Shown one piece after another: positions 47,701 through 60,238 of a stretch of 64,000 nt of DNA. The translations under genes were made by a program, and so were the position numbers. The notes beneath the pieces were generated by a model. That model made no database searches. It was given only the letters and a program-made list of their open reading frames with translations, and was not told the DNA's origin. This DNA comes from Albugo candida. Lineage: Eukaryota. Numbering within the stretch: position 1 is the first letter of the stretch; the number at the start of each line of letters is the position of its first letter. The stretch lies in assembly GCA_040437565.1 (NCBI GenBank), contig JBDOQK010000032.1, positions 62,001 to 126,000 of the forward strand. The letters are read 5' to 3'.

Positions 47701-48664
47701 ATGTCGAAGCGAAGAAAAGGAGTTTCGCTGGAAGAAAAACGTGAGCGTCTCCTTCAAATATATCACGAGTCGAAAGAGGTTTTTAATCTAAAAGAAGTTG
47801 AGAAGCTGGGCGCAAAAGCGGGCATCGGTTCGATTCGATCTCTGTCGCAGTATTTGCATACCTTTCTCATGAAAGGTTGTATACTTAGTGCTCCAGACCA
47901 TTAAAGATGTGAATCAAGCACTGGTCGATGACAATTTAGTTGATTTTGATAAGGTACCATTGAAATCTCGGTCAGCATCGGCTGAATAGAGCGTTCTTAC
48001 GTAAAGATTGGATCGGGTAATTACTTTTGGTCATTTCCAAGCAAATTTTCCGAGCAGAGAAAGCGAAAACGTGATGAATTGCAGCAAAAGTATCGATTAT
48101 TGGAAGAGCGTGTTACAAGCACTCAAAATGCTATTTTAAAGGAGCGTGAGCTCCGAGTCGAATCGGTATCTCGCTCATGCGTTATTATTGAGCAAGAACC
48201 TCAGTTCACAATAGCTATGCTGTAGAATGAACGTGCAGAAAAGCTTGCTCGTATGGTTGAACTTGAAGAAACTCTATCGATCATGAAAGAAAAAGTCAAA
48301 CAATTCGAGGAGAATGATCCAAAAGTGCTAAACGAATTGGGTACATTGATACATAAGCAAAGTTGTCGATGTTTGTCAAATTGTTTATTTGCATAGAAAG
48401 CTCTGTCAAGAAAGTGAAAGAAGGAGCAGATCGATGGACGGGTTTGTTCATTGAACATCGATGCAATTTCCAACTCGCTCATCACTCTTATTCTTTCCTT
48501 TAGATAATATATTCAATCTAAGATCCTGGGTCGTGCAAAAGCGAGGCGTACCGACGGGCGAGGTTTGCTCCATCATGTAGCCACTTTTCATGATGCTCAC
48601 CTATTCTGATAATCAGGTTGACAAGTGGCTTGGAATCAAGGACGACTTCGATTACGTCGAGTAA
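47701..48664 (+). CDS. MND1: Meiotic nuclear division protein 1, multi-exon
   Basis: KGVSLEEKR, VFNLKEVEKL, KDVNQALVDDNLV, KIGSGNYFWSFPS, ENDP, ADRWTDNIF and DDFDY motifs. Confidence 0.95.
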
Positions 48665-48879
48665 ATATCCTCCGGTCAGTCTATTGGTTTTGATTTAATG
48701 CAATGGAGAAAGATGCACCTTAATATCATCCCTTCTTCTCATTTATCGATGGACATCTTGCATACAAAGCTGAATTCTCTGACAATAGGCAGCATGCTTG
48801 GAGAAGAGCACACGCTTCGTTATGTAGATAGGGCGGTTCAACAAACATCAATAAGAAAAGCAGCTTTGTGACATTACGC

Positions 48880-50053
48880 TTAAAAATTACGAACCGCAAT
48901 ACGTTTAAAGGTATCGAACGGCAAAAACGCTTCTGACTCGAAATTTTTGAATTTGAGCTCTTTATCATTCCAAAAAACTTTGATAAAATACTCCGATGTT
49001 GAAGCAGATGAGTTCTGATAGATTTCAAAAGTGACAATGGTCGCGTATGGCGGCAATGTTTGGTTCGTGTCGAGATCTAACGCATTGACAAGTGACACAA
49101 GCGTGCAGTCATGACACGAAAAAACCGAAATTATGGGTCCTCCAAAGTCTTGAACTCTTTTTTCCAAAGACATCACTTCCTCCCCGAGAACTTTCTGCAG
49201 ATGTGAGGTCAATTCCTGTATTCCATTTGAGAAAAAAGTCGTGCCGAGTCCTTTGTGGGAAAAGCATTGGTACCAGAGCGCGGCATCGGCATCCACCACA
49301 TCAGCATAAATCTCTTCAGTGACGCCTTGTGGCCACTCAAGATTATGAGCTTTCTTACATGTCAATACATCGCGAACTAGAAAGAGTGTCACGGTAAATA
49401 TCATCTTACTACGAGGTATTATACCACAAACACGCACCAGCAGTCCAGTTGACCGGATCTGTGGAGGGTATTTGAAACAAATCACGCACACAGGCCTCGG
49501 TTTTCTTGATTTTAGCTTGTACTTGTGGCTCCAATTCCTGCAGATACAATTCCTGCATGCGATAATATATTTCCGGTGAGTGCTCAGGAACAACTGTCTC
49601 GATATTTCGAGTTCGTATATGGAATTTCGGGCTTTCACCATTCTTCTGCTTGAACAAACCGATCAACAAAGCCTGTGCTGATTGTATAGTCCGATAATAG
49701 TTGGTAGACGTGGCGTATACCGCTTCCGAATGAATCGCTTCATTTTCAAATAAATGATGATATCGTTCCCATAATTTGGCACCTTTTTCTTCCAATTGAA
49801 CCATTCCCTTTTTCGTCAAGTGACCGCCTGGATAACGCCCGCCGTCACTTGGATCACAGTAGGGTGGTACTGTAACATCTGCCCCCACCACCTTTGCAAT
49901 GCCGTGTAATTGCTCGATTTGCTCTGGTTCAAGAAGACTTTTTCTCCAGAAATTCATTTCCTCATCGCTTAATTTAAGTAAGCTGTTCAAATCCGTGTAA
50001 ATTGGAGTGCGATCTCCATGTCGATTGAATACGATTACGTGTCGGAGCTCCAT
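48880..50053 (-). CDS. Histidine acid phosphatase (clade 2), 2 exons
   Basis: RHGDRTP, GHLTKKG, RTIQSA, SCHD and PPYA motifs. Intron at ~49379-49437. Confidence 0.92.
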
Positions 50054-50366
50054 GAGCGATGCGGTTCAGTAGCCAGTAAACGAACTTNNNNNNNNNNNNN
50101 NNNNNNNNNNNNNNNNNNNNNNNNNNNNNNNNNNNNNNNNNNNNNNNNNNNNNNNNNNNNNNNNNNNNNNNNNNNNNNNNNNNNNNNGAGCGATGCGGTT
50201 CAGTAGCCAGTAAACGAACTTGAGAAAGTATCGAACATAACAAAGTTCGATATCAAATGCGTGCAACATAAAGCGCGCGGAAGTTTACTTTATTGGCTTG
50301 GTAACACGCACAACGACATAGACGACAGCAAAAAATATCAAATACGACAGCTACGCCGATAGTTCG

Positions 50367-52626
50367 CTATTGGAACGATTTCGTGGATGGTAAAACCCTT
50401 CCAACGTGAGGAACAGCTCTAATACTTGAAGGAGCCGGAAGGGTTCTTCCATACCCGGGAGGCTCATGCTGATTACTTGTACGTTTTGTGCGGCGATTTT
50501 TGCTGCTCCGTGTAGCCTCAAAACCGATTTTTTTCGAAAGATGTCGCTGGATGTTCGACTTGGAATTTGACTCTAATGCAAGAACGCGACTTTGTAATTT
50601 TTCAATGGCGCTTTGGTATATACTTTCCATTTGGGTGACCTGCAGAAAACTCAATATTGCGAGTGGATAAGCGACAAAGAGAACTCACGATAGTCTGGCC
50701 ATCTTGATGCTGCTCTAGTTTGGACTCAAGTAGCCGTGTTTGAGCTTGTGCGTCCGACAACTGTGGAAGAGGCACAGATGAACGTTTGCCAAGTAAAGAG
50801 GGAGTGTACTCTCGCGCACCTCTTCTTGAAGGATTTCGACTTGCTTCTGGTTGGCCTGCTGCCGCTCATGTTGTAATTTATCGCGATCTTTGATCTCTTG
50901 CAGTAGTTCAGCAATGCGATCCGTTGTTTCTTGCTCCAATTGAAAAAAACGGTGCTTGAATTCTTTTAATTCCTGTAAAGCTGCCAATGTTTGTGTTTGC
51001 TCGTTCTCAAGCTCAGACTTTACACAATGCCACTCTTGTGAGGCTTCATTAGCGGCTTTGCGGTATGTTTCGACCTGAAGATCACACTTTGTCTTGATCT
51101 CCAAAACTTCGTCTTGATATTTCGCAAACAAATGCTGCAGTTGGGCTTGTACAGCTGACGGTACGGTTTCCAAAGCATCGGCGTGAGCACCTTCATGCGG
51201 CATCGATCCACCCGCTTGCCAATCGACTCGCAACGCACCACAATCAAATTCCAACTGCTGTATTCGGAGCTGAGCTTTAAGCAACTGATTCTCTAACTCC
51301 ATTTCCTTATCTTGACCTCGCTGGATGGTGATTTCCAGTGTATGCATCGCCTCTTCCTTCTCATCGAGACGTTGCTGCGTCACTTGATACAAAGCCTTGT
51401 AATCCGTCGCCAAGACATTTTGCTGAGCTTTGACAAGAATCTGCATCGCTCTTTGCCCAAACAAAAGTGTTGAAAGCGTCTCCGAAAGCTCCATTTCCGA
51501 TGGGCTTGCTGTGATGATAAGAGCTGTCTTTGCATTTCCACCTAAACTGGATTGTAGTAATCTGGTGAGCTTACTATCTCGATAAGGAATATGAGGCTGT
51601 TTCTTGCTCAGAGCGGAAATACAGTTGCCCAAAGCTGAAAGTGACAAATTGATCGCTTTCAATTCCGAGATATGACGACCAGTAACAAGACTCTTCTTAA
51701 CCCGTTCGGATCCAGCAAGATCCACACAAAAAAGCTGGCCGATTTTGACTCGATATGCCTGAGTGATGTCGTCCGTTCCTTGATGATGAAGCTTTTCTTT
51801 TCGTTCCAAACGCACAATCAAGATAGCATGACTTCGACTGGAATGAGCGTTCATGCTTGTCCCAGCAACAGCTCGATTGCGATCTCCTTTTGCAACACAA
51901 GACAGACACTCATCGACACTATGAACCCGCAAATTCGTAGCGCCATCTACGTATATCCCTCCTCGTTCCGGATGATCTTCACGAAGCAGTAAGGACCCTG
52001 GAGGAAGAAAAGGGTCCAGCAAATCGAGCAAGCGCTCGCAATATATTTGGACATAGCTCACATAAACCGCGGTTTGACCAGCGGTGTTGTCAGCGGCATC
52101 TAATTGCTGTAAAAAGACAAGTCAATCCCATTTTTTAGCATGTTGTCGGACGTACTCTGAAAATATCTTTTAACGCTCGAGGAATGATACCAAAGCGATC
52201 ATCAGCGTCGTCTGTCGCCAAATTCACACGGGAAGAAGTGTCACCCATCATTGTGTACGTCTTCCCTGTCGACGTTTGCCCATACGCGAGAATCGTGCCA
52301 TTGTATCCGTCCAGAACGTCTTGAACGAGACGGGAGGCGACTTTGTCATAAACGCTCTTTTGGTCACAAAAGGGCTCAAAATTCGCATCAAAATGAAAAT
52401 CTTTCGGTGGGTCTTGAAGCACTCGAAGTGATGTCGACGATAGCGATACAATCTTTGCATCCTTCGCGTTGATATCGTTCAAAGCGGCTGAGTCGATTGC
52501 TGTAGAAACTGCGCTTTCAGCCTCCGTGTCAGTCGCATAATTCTGTCCTCGAATTTCTCGCGGTAGAAATGGACGTACACGACAGAACACCCGAACGCGT
52601 TCGTTTCGACCTTCTGTCTCCATCAC
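50367..52626 (-). CDS. N-terminal motor kinesin with coiled-coil tail, multi-exon
   Basis: RVFCRVRP, P-loop YGQTSTGKT, switch I NAHSSRSH, switch II DLAGSE, and HIPYRDSKLTRLLQ. Confidence 0.95.
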
Positions 52627-52821
52627 ATGAACGAAATGAAATTATAAATAAGCGCTTAGGAGAGTATGTCGCGGCATGCGATGTGCGCTGCGCTCGTAAA
52701 GGAGAAGAGTTTACGAGCTTCTACTTCCCCTCTGCTACGTCACACACAGTCATGAGAGTAACACTTGTGCTCGAGAGCTCTCTCCATTGAGAATACATTA
52801 TCTCTTAGTACGCGTAATTGA

Positions 52822-53865
52822 GTGAGAGAATGCGAATTGCGTGCATTAATCATTCATTCGGAAAAAAAGCGCTCCATTTGGAATTTTAATGATTCCGAGT
52901 CACACGTTGCAGCTATGAAACTGAGAAAAGCGATTGGATGCACAGTGATGTTCATGCTCATTCAAATGACCGGTGGATACTTTGCAGGAAGCCTGGCTGT
53001 CATTTCGGATGCAGCTCACCTGTTAATGGACGCAGGAGCATTTTTCATTTCGTTGCATGCGATTTATATGGGAAGTTATCCTTCCACCGCCGAACGGCCT
53101 TTTGGGTATCAACGCGCGGAAGTATTTGGAGTTTTAATGAGTGTTTTGGCCATTTGGATCGCTACGTTGTGGCTCATTTTCACAGCTTCCATTCGCTTAA
53201 TCGTCGATGAGAATGATGATCATGTTGATGGGAAAATTATGTTTTTTGTCGCGTTATTTGGCTTGTTCTCTAATGTCATTTTGATACAAGTACTTGGTCA
53301 TAATTCTCACGCTCATGGGAGTCACTGTGCATTGGAGAGAAATGAGCGTCAGGAATCACCACTGCTCTCAAACAAAACGAATCAAGACAAGATGGAGTCA
53401 GCCACATCCGTCCTCGCGCACGAGATCGTCGGAAATGAAAATGTTCGAGCCGCATACATCCACGTGATAGGAGATCTTATACAGAGTTTGGGCGTTTGTA
53501 TTGCTGGTGCTTTGATATGGTACAATCCGAGCTGGCAACTCGCTGATCCCGTTGCTGCGATTGTCTTTGGCTTGATTGTGTTTGGAACCACACGAGACAT
53601 TTTCAAGCGTAATCTTGATGTGCTAATGGAGAGCAGCCCGCCTGGAATGAATATCAAGTCATTGGAGGTAGAAATAAACGCTTTGCAGCATGTCTTGGAA
53701 TGTCATGAAATTCGAGTTTGGTCAATTTGTATGAGTAAAGTAGCTGGGATGGTTCACGTGACACCAGTGTCATCGAATGCTGCTGGCAAGGCTTTGAAGG
53801 AGACTCGACCGCTGCTCCAAGCACACGGTATACAGATAGAGACCGTGCAAGTAGATATAGACTGA
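52822..53865 (+). CDS. Cation diffusion facilitator, ZnT2/CzcD-type zinc transporter (start uncertain)
   Basis: SLAVISDAAHLLMD, FGYQRAE, His loop HNSHAHGSH, NVRAAYIHVIGD and ADP. First in-frame ATG is at 52915. Confidence 0.92.
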   Translation: MRECELRALIIHSEKKRSIWNFNDSESHVAAMKLRKAIGCTVMFMLIQMTGGYFAGSLAVISDAAHLLMDAGAFFISLHAIYMGSYPSTAERPFGYQRAEVFGVLMSVLAIWIATLWLIFTASIRLIVDENDDHVDGKIMFFVALFGLFSNVILIQVLGHNSHAHGSHCALERNERQESPLLSNKTNQDKMESATSVLAHEIVGNENVRAAYIHVIGDLIQSLGVCIAGALIWYNPSWQLADPVAAIVFGLIVFGTTRDIFKRNLDVLMESSPPGMNIKSLEVEINALQHVLECHEIRVWSICMSKVAGMVHVTPVSSNAAGKALKETRPLLQAHGIQIETVQVDID

Positions 53866-53886
53866 TCATTTGAAGTACAAGCACAT

Positions 53887-55606
53887 TCAAATCTTTTCAT
53901 GAGTCTCGGTAGATACACTTGCTTGCAATGGCTTTTGATGGGTCGAATTGGAAGGTTTCTCGGGATCTTTTGCTTCTCTCTTGGACTTGAAAAAATCGAG
54001 TAGCCAGAAACCACGTGTGGTTTGATGTCCTTTGAATATTTCTCGAACGATATCTTTGATGGAGAGAATGCCGGCCAATTCGCATTCTGGACGGTCTTTA
54101 CGCATGATTCCAGTGACAGGAAAATGTCGGAATGGCTTGGAAACTGCTTTTTTCCAGCACATTTGTAATGTGTGGTCTACGTGAAGCCTCGAGACGATCT
54201 GTGTGCACATATCGGTGACCAAAACCTCATTCGGATCGCGTTTTTCGTTCAAGACTTTGACGAGATAATCTTGCTCGGTGAAAATACCGTGTACGCACTG
54301 ATCTTTGTCGACAATGAGAACAGAGCCAAAGTCATGGCGTACCATCGCCTCGACGGCCTCAGCGACCGAAATATTGTCGTCCATGCGCGTATTCAAAATC
54401 AGTTTGATGCTTTTGTGCTTTTTCTTCAGCATGAGACCCGCAGTAACTGAATCAACGCAGTAAGTTATCGAGTCGCTGGATACTCATGGTCTTACCTTGG
54501 GAAGCCGTGCTGCTTTTATTTTTTTTGTCTTCACCCGTTGAGGTAGAATCCGTCTCCATACCTCCGACTTTATTGATTGTAGTGCCGGTTTTGCCTTTTG
54601 GAGACGAATTTGACTTGGCATTTTCAACCTTGTAAGCTTCCATTTCTGCATACGCTCGGACAATGTCTTTGATCGACAAAACAGAACGCATCGAATCAAT
54701 AGGAACACTTCCCTGTTGCATCGTATTCGAATTCGAATTTCCACTAATTACTACCAAATGTCGAAAATTTTCTTTGATCATAGTCGCAAGCGTGCTACAG
54801 CCAAACAGTTGATATCATTGATATTTCCTTTGTTAGAACGCTACTCACTCAATAATGGTCATCGACGTTGGAATGCACATGACATGAGATGACATCACAT
54901 CTTTTATGAGAGCTTTTTTTTGGAAATACGTTCGAGGTGACGTCTTTTTTAGTAAGTCTCGCTCCGTAATGATACCAACGACACCCAAGGAATCTATACA
55001 ATCGTAACAGAAGACGTCAGAAATTTCAAGAGAATGTAACATGACGCTGACGATCCACCTTGCGTCACAAGAAGGACACCAATTTTATTGGCTACCATCA
55101 TCGAAACAGCATCTTGCACGGTTTTCTATGTAAGCAGCTAAGCAGTCGATTCGAATTCGAATCCAAACTTGTAACATAGATCTTACATCGTAAGAGATAC
55201 TTTTCCATGTTCCATAATTTTGTATCGATTTTCTTCCTTTGTCGTTCAAAGCTTGAGCCGCCAAAACATCGGCAATTGTTATTATTTGCGAGGTCTCAGC
55301 ACCAACAGATGTCAATTTCTGTTGCACACATTCCATTTCGCAGACTTCCGATGTCGCAGGCGCTGGTTTCGTCTCTACTTTTTGTGTGCTTGTAACTGAT
55401 GACTTTCGGATCTCATCGTGGACAATTTTTGTTGCACGGTTTTCTGCCGGTTTTTGCGGTATAGGTGCATTTACAGATGTGGATAAATAAACCATACGCT
55501 GATTTCCATACATCCCATTTTTCAAAAGCGGTGAACGAGGATACACACGTCTAGGAGAGCGAGCAAAAGCGCCTGAAATGGACGTGCAGAATCGACTTCC
55601 AAGCAT
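53887..55606 (-). CDS. CBS-domain protein with two CBS pairs, likely mitochondrial, multi-exon
   Basis: Arg/Ser-rich presequence, GIITERD, NFRHL, two LSIKDIVR motifs, GIFTEQDY and FRHFPV. Confidence 0.88.
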
Positions 55607-55623
55607 CAAGAAACGATCAACTT

Positions 55624-55747
55624 CTGATTGGTTGTTAATACATCCAATCAATTGCGTTCGTAGCAAATGACGCAGTCATCATTGATTGGTTAATTGTATC
55701 GATAGTCAGTAAGAATTCAGACAAATAGCTCCATTTCATTGGCTAAA
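55624..55747. promoter_or_regulatory. Cluster of four CCAAT-box-like motifs in the divergent CBS/START-FYVE promoter
   Basis: CTGATTGGTT (~55624), TCCAATCAA (~55643), TTGATTGGTT (~55682) and TTCATTGGCTAAA (~55735) lie within a 219-bp intergenic. Confidence 0.6.
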
Positions 55748-55825
55748 TTTGCTCCTGATGCAAGTGAGCGTCGATGCATCGCTTCTACGACGTATTCCAC
55801 TAAAAGAAGCTCTTAAACGGTAGCA

Positions 55826-58800
55826 ATGTCAATGTCAGCGTCCATTCGAGCGCGAAGTAATACATCCCCAGAGCGGTCGAAACGTAAGTGTAACACACCA
55901 TATAGTTTAACGACGGTAGGTGAAACAGAAGGAAGGAATCTTGCATGCCTCCCCAAGACCTCATTTGTTCCAACGAGTGATGCAGCTTCTACACGCCCTA
56001 CAACCGCAATACGACCAAATATCCCAAGCGATACTGCAGCTTTCTCAAGGAATTCGGCACAAACTTGTGTATCTTCTCCTTCTATCTCGTCCGGTGGACC
56101 TCGTCCAGAACTGCAGCCTGAAGAGGTTCATTATCTGATTCAAAAAGCGAACGAGTCATGCGCTGCTGTTATTCGACACGCTGAATCCTTAACGCGTCAT
56201 AAAAAATGGCAGTCGGCCGGGAAGTATCGCGGTATTTCACTGTATCGCGGAAATGACCTGCGGTTGGGGACTGTTGCTGCTCCAAATGACGCCTCTCAGT
56301 CGAATGATGTACCTCGAATTCCTCAATCAGAATCACTTAGTGGCGTTGTGACAGTTGTTGGATCTATTGAGGACGTAGCAAAGTATTTCGATCAACAGAC
56401 TACAAGTGAAATAAGACGAAAACAGCTGGATGATGTGCTCGATACTTCGGTTTTGTACCCGATAATCTCTGGAAAACCAAATGCTCCATTGTATCGAGTT
56501 GCTGTCAAGTATATAGCTTGGGAGGCTCCATCCAGTTGGACTCGTGGTCGTGATTTCTGTTATATCGAATGTCAAAACACATTTCGTCATTCTTCNNNNN
56601 NNNNNNNNNNNNNNNNNNNNNNNNNNNNNNNNNNNNNNNNNNNNNNNNNNNNNNNNNNNNNNNNNNNNNNNNNNNNNNNNNNNNNNNNNNNNNNNGTTTA
56701 ACGACGGTAGGTGAAACAGAAGGAAGGAATCTTGCATGCCTCCCCAAGACCTCATTTGTTCCAACGAGTGATGCAGCTTCTACACGCCCTACAACCGCAA
56801 TACGACCAAATATCCCAAGCGATACTGCAGCTTTCTCAAGGAATTCGGCACAAACTTGTGTATCTTCTCCTTCTATCTCGTCCGGTGGACCTCGTCCAGA
56901 ACTGCAGCCTGAAGAGGTTCATTATCTGATTCAAAAAGCGAACGAGTCATGCGCTGCTGTTATTCGACACGCTGAATCCTTAACGCGTCATAAAAAATGG
57001 CAGTCGGCCGGGAAGTATCGCGGTATTTCACTGTATCGCGGAAATGACCTGCGGTTGGGGACTGTTGCTGCTCCAAATGACGCCTCTCAGTCGAATGATG
57101 TACCTCGAATTCCTCAATCAGAATCACTTAGTGGCGTTGTGACAGTTGTTGGATCTATTGAGGACGTAGCAAAGTATTTCGATCAACAGACTACAAGTGA
57201 AATAAGACGAAAACAGCTGGATGATGTGCTCGATACTTCGGTTTTGTACCCGATAATCTCTGGAAAACCAAATGCTCCATTGTATCGAGTTGCTGTCAAG
57301 TATATAGCTTGGGAGGCTCCATCCAGTTGGACTCGTGGTCGTGATTTCTGTTATATCGAATGTCAAAACACATTTCGTCATTCTTCTGGTCGAAGAGGTT
57401 GGGTCCTAAGTATGCATTCGATACAAATGCCAGCTTGTCCAGAACGACCAGGAGTTGTTCGATGCAGTGTCTACAACTCTGGGTACGTCGTAGTCGAGTC
57501 GAGTAAGCCAGGATGTTTGGATATTCTACACATTCTTCAGCTTAATTTCAAAGGTCATTTACCAGCGTTTTTAGTTATGCAAGCACTTAAGCGAAAAATG
57601 GGCAATTTGCTTCAAATTCGACGAGAGCTATTATCGTCTCGTATTCAGCACCGTACGATACTCCAGCACAAAGAATTAGCTCCCAAGAATGCACGTTCGA
57701 CTTGTACTTGCTGCTCGAGAAAATTTAGCTCTTTTTTTGCTCGCAAAACACGTTGTCGAATTTGTGGCCAAGTCGTTTGTCATTCGTGTGCTCCATTAAT
57801 GAATTATAAAACTGCCGACAAGCATGGAAATGTCATCAACAAAACACGTATTTGTACAGGATGCTTTCGAAGTAGCAACTCGATGGACACCGTACAGCCT
57901 CTGCATTCACAAAACGAAAGCGATACTCGACATACATTTGGTTCCACCTCACAATTTGATGGGAATAGTACATGTACGTCGATGAGTCTCGGACACAGTG
58001 CAATTCGTTCGAATGTGTTTGATAAGGCTCTTGATGGTCGAGAAGCGGCAGTGCAACGTCTTACGATCGATAGGAAAGGGAATCAAGTCGATGACGATCC
58101 AAATATGAGAACGTTTATATGGATCGATTCAAAACCAAACGATGAGCAGCCGATTGCGTTGTTGGAGCAACCAAACACTTTTGATAAGACGGATAGCGAG
58201 AGATCTTCGACTCGTCAAGCAGAGCCATTAAACTCGTTGAGATTCTCTCATAGACGCGTAAGTCTAGGCACCACCAAACGGGCTATGGGTAAACGACTTA
58301 CGGAAATGAGCGCTTCCGAAAGGATGGAATGGATACAAAACACGTATGACCAAGGCGGACAACTGCAGACTCAACCACCGCCATCTCGTGAAGGCAGTTT
58401 TGTCAGCAAAAGGACCAGCAGCTGCTCAACATTGCGTCCCAGTGGTCGAATATCTTTAGGGAAGGCATTTAAAACAGCTATACCTGGATCATTAAGCGGA
58501 AGCAAACTTCTTATTTCCACACTCAACTACGATACATTGGATGTCGAACCAGGTCGAATAAAATCAGTCTCTCGCCAACGATGTAATTCACTCGACGATA
58601 TTCCGATCATCTCCGTATCGTCTTCGAATAATAGCGTCAAAGCCGAAGCCACAGATTCGATTCAATTTGGCACAAGTAGTTTGATGTATCAGATAGACAG
58701 CTATGATGATCGAGTAAGCTGTCTTGAGCCAGAACCAGAGCCTTCGTTAAACATCGGCGACATCAGAACGGATAGTATTGGCAGCAGTCTGCCGAGCACA

Positions 58801-59577
58801 GGTGATAATCAAATTGATTGGGATCCATCGACTTTTCTCTCATCCTCAGGGATCTCGACTTTGCACGACGATGATGTTTCGAGAGAGGAAGAAGGCGAAG
58901 ATGATATTGAAGTAGTGGTCGACGATGATGAAGAGCGAACATCCGTTTTCTGTGATTTGGGAACGTTTGGAAATAACCCGCTTGATGCTTCCGACGAATA
59001 TATCCCGGGATTTTTTGATGATGATCGATACTCCACCTCCTCGGACTACCGTCCATCGAGTTACTTTGACGACGATGATGATGCTGCCGATGAGTTCTCT
59101 GTCAAAATGTCGGACGAAGCGCTACATATGACGCAATTAACGCATTCCTCATCCAACTTGCAACGTCTTCAAGATCGAATGGTGAAGAACTCGACAGAGT
59201 TTCGAGATACCGAAGATATGCTTGTTGTCGAGGAGGAACACACCAAACGAATGCAAGAGCTCGATTTCAAGAAATTTGTGTTCACACGAGGAACTGTGGA
59301 GCCTGGAGACAGTGAAGCTAAAGACTTTACAACGTCTTTACCAAAAGTGAGTATGAAGACAGAGAACGCGGAAGACTGGCGGACTTCTTCATTCATCAAA
59401 AGCGTTCATCAACAACACCGAAATCGTATGCAATCGCTACAAATGAAAATGCAAAATTTGGAAGAAAATGATGCCAATGGGAGCACATACGGATCCAGCT
59501 ATCGAAGCAGCGGCTTTGCTGAGAGTATGAGATCAACGTCATCATCAACGTCTATGATGGAGAAAACAACTTTATAA
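55826..59577 (+). CDS. START-like + FYVE-like domain protein with long acidic/Ser-rich tail (5' part duplicated across the gap)
   Basis: START-like GRDFCYIECQNTF...SMHSIQMPACP, and zinc finger CTCC..KTRCRICGQVVCHSC..ICTGC. It reads as one ORF once 55905-56595 and 56696-57386 are collapsed. Confidence 0.88.
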
Positions 59578-60238
59578 TCGTTTGCTCGCTGCATGAGTCG
59601 ATGTATCAGTCAAACAATTGTGCGACATGGTCACTGGCTTCAGCACACGCGGCTTTATACGTCCAAAAAAGCCAANNNNNNNNNNNNNNNNNNNNNNNNN
59701 NNNNNNNNNNNNNNNNNNNNNNNNNNNNNNNNNNNNNNNNNNNNNNNNNNNNNNNNNNNNNNNNNNNNNNNNNNNGAGTATGAAGACAGAGAACGCGGAA
59801 GACTGGCGGACTTCTTCATTCATCAAAAGCGTTCATCAACAACACCGAAATCGTATGCAATCGCTACAAATGAAAATGCAAAATTTGGAAGAAAATGATG
59901 CCAATGGGAGCACATACGGATCCAGCTATCGAAGCAGCGGCTTTGCTGAGAGTATGAGATCAACGTCATCATCAACGTCTATGATGGAGAAAACAACTTT
60001 ATAATCGTTTGCTCGCTGCATGAGTCGATGTATCAGTCAAACAATTGTGCGACATGGTCACTGGCTTCAGCACACGCGGCTTTATACGTCCAAAAAAGCC
60101 AAAGACCTGAACGCTTGGCATCGTAGAGTATATATCGGATGTCTATAATATAAGTCTGATGACGATGCTCAGGTTTCTCGCTTACTTTCCATGTGGAATG
60201 CGATCCATTTTGTGCCAACTTTTGTTGTGCTCCACGCT

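Noticed and set aside
55905-57386. 691-bp exact direct repeat (55905-56595 / 56696-57386) suggesting a tandem START domain
   Set aside because: The copies look identical and directly flank a 100-N gap, so this is an unmerged contig overlap.
59349-60100. 326-bp duplicate of the START-FYVE 3' end
   Set aside because: Identical copies either side of a 100-N gap indicate an assembly artefact.
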